A DNA stretch of 64,000 bases from Patescibacteria group bacterium (GTDB lineage Bacteria; Patescibacteriota; Minisyncoccia; 2-02-FULL-40-12; GWA2-44-9). The position numbers and the translations under genes are program-made. The stretch lies in assembly GCA_038064455.1 (NCBI GenBank), contig JBBTTB010000005.1, positions 21,983-85,982 on the forward strand, given 5' to 3'. This document shows, piece after piece, positions 63,209-64,000 of the stretch. How positions within the stretch are numbered: the first letter of the stretch is position 1; each line of letters opens with the position of its first letter. Under the pieces are notes generated by a model. That model was not told the origin of the DNA. It did not search any database and saw nothing but the letters and a program-made list of their open reading frames with translations.

Positions 63209-64000
63209 TTAGTTGAGTGGTGAGATGGTTAACGCATCGGGGAGCTGGGCTTTCAAGCCGTTTTTTGCCCGTACAAAAACGGTGTATGTTCCTGGGGCAA
63301 GCTCTGGCGTTGTCACAAAGAGCGTGAATGAATCGATGGTGCTAAATGGTACTCCTGCTGACCCAACCATTACTTCAGCGATTGCCGGAAGATTTCTCCC
63401 TTCAACAAACCGTTCACCGTTTAAAGCGAACTGTTCGCCCGGGCGCACTATTTTGGGCAACACCGAGCGAAGTAGTGGAGGAAGGGGCTCTGGCGTATTG
63501 GATACCACAAGAGTTGGTGAGCTTGTTGGCGTACTCGAAGACAATGGCGTTGTAAGGGGCGTTGCAAGCGGACTCGGTTTTATGAGCGGCGATGGTGATA
63601 TAAGCAAGCTTGGGCGCGGAGATGCAGACGGTAATCGTGTCGCAGGAAGACGCGATGGCAACGGGCTTTGAATTCGCTGTATGATGCGTTGCATAATCGG
63701 ACGATCCTGCATTTTTGCTTTGAATACAGGGTCATCGATGCGTTTTTCAATGGCGTCGCGGATAAACGTTCTTAGTTGAGCATTCTCTGGGTTTTTAATG
63801 TCATCTGGCTCAATATCGAGAAGCATGTTCTGCACAAACGGTTTTTTGAAATCATCTGACGCGAGCATGCGCTTTACCAATTTTTGTTTTGGATTTGGTA
63901 GTGATGTGGCATCAACATTAATAGTCTCACCTGGCTCTACATCGGTGTCGGTTCCGTCAATATCTTTTTGTGTTGCAGGGTCGCGTGCTTTTGTTTTTAC
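63209..64000 (-). CDS. Exported protein with a C-terminal IPT/TIG-like domain (5'-truncated by window edge)
   Basis: Frame stays open to the window end; P/S/T linker then PKIVRPGEQFALNG...VTTPELAPGTYTVFV; adjacent to the cyclase. Confidence 0.65.
   Translation of the reverse strand, partial: VKTKARDPATQKDIDGTDTDVEPGETINVDATSLPNPKQKLVKRMLASDDFKKPFVQNMLLDIEPDDIKNPENAQLRTFIRDAIEKRIDDPVFKAKMQDRPIMQRIIQRIQSPLPSRLPATRLPSASPRPSLLISPSPLIKPSPLATPLTTPLSSSTPTSSPTLVVSNTPEPLPPLLRSVLPKIVRPGEQFALNGERFVEGRNLPAIAEVMVGSAGVPFSTIDSFTLFVTTPELAPGTYTVFVRAKNGLKAQLPDALTISPLN

Noticed and set aside
1-64000. Alternative genetic code (TGA=Gly, code 25)
   Set aside because: Conserved genes such as holB and dut end at TGA at their expected lengths, and no core gene is interrupted by TGA.

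Overview
This 64-kb window is bacterial chromosome. TGA acts as a stop, so genetic code 11 applies. The gene content points to Patescibacteria/CPR, probably Parcubacteria (inference): a compact mreBC-PBP2 cluster, a short ProRS, a membrane-anchored VirD4-like ATPase, a VirB2-type pilin, a CTxEAKLCPDG cysteine-motif protein and many orphans. The first ~21 kb is mostly housekeeping (murG, holB, frr, rseP, proS, mreBC, mrdA, greA, lysS, serS, ftsQ-like, dnaX). After tRNA-Gln(TTG) comes a patchy accessory region: orphans, a Doc toxin-antitoxin pair, CapA, AlkZ-like, SPFH, dut, pyrD, ABC-F, a DEAD helicase, obgE, msrB, two DsbA, cell-wall hydrolases and a CHASE2 cyclase. The most unusual signals lie outside the long ORFs. 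(1) A ~490-nt, boxA-led, highly base-paired transcript at 13.08-13.58 kb has its own promoter and terminator and no credible ORF. (2) Several smaller promoter-to-terminator RNA candidates occur at 21.2, 30.1, 41.7 and 42.0 kb. (3) Two gene-start architectures coexist: resident genes look leaderless, while dispersed GC3-rich orphan cassettes carry a full promoter, sometimes a boxA-like motif, a strong Shine-Dalgarno (SD) and a terminator, and two are flanked by direct repeats. (4) There are unannotated micro-ORFs, including a Cys/His-rich 33-mer, a Lys-rich 20-mer and an attenuator leader peptide. No CRISPR array, rRNA, integrase or transposase was seen. All family assignments and RNA folds are by eye and were not database-checked.
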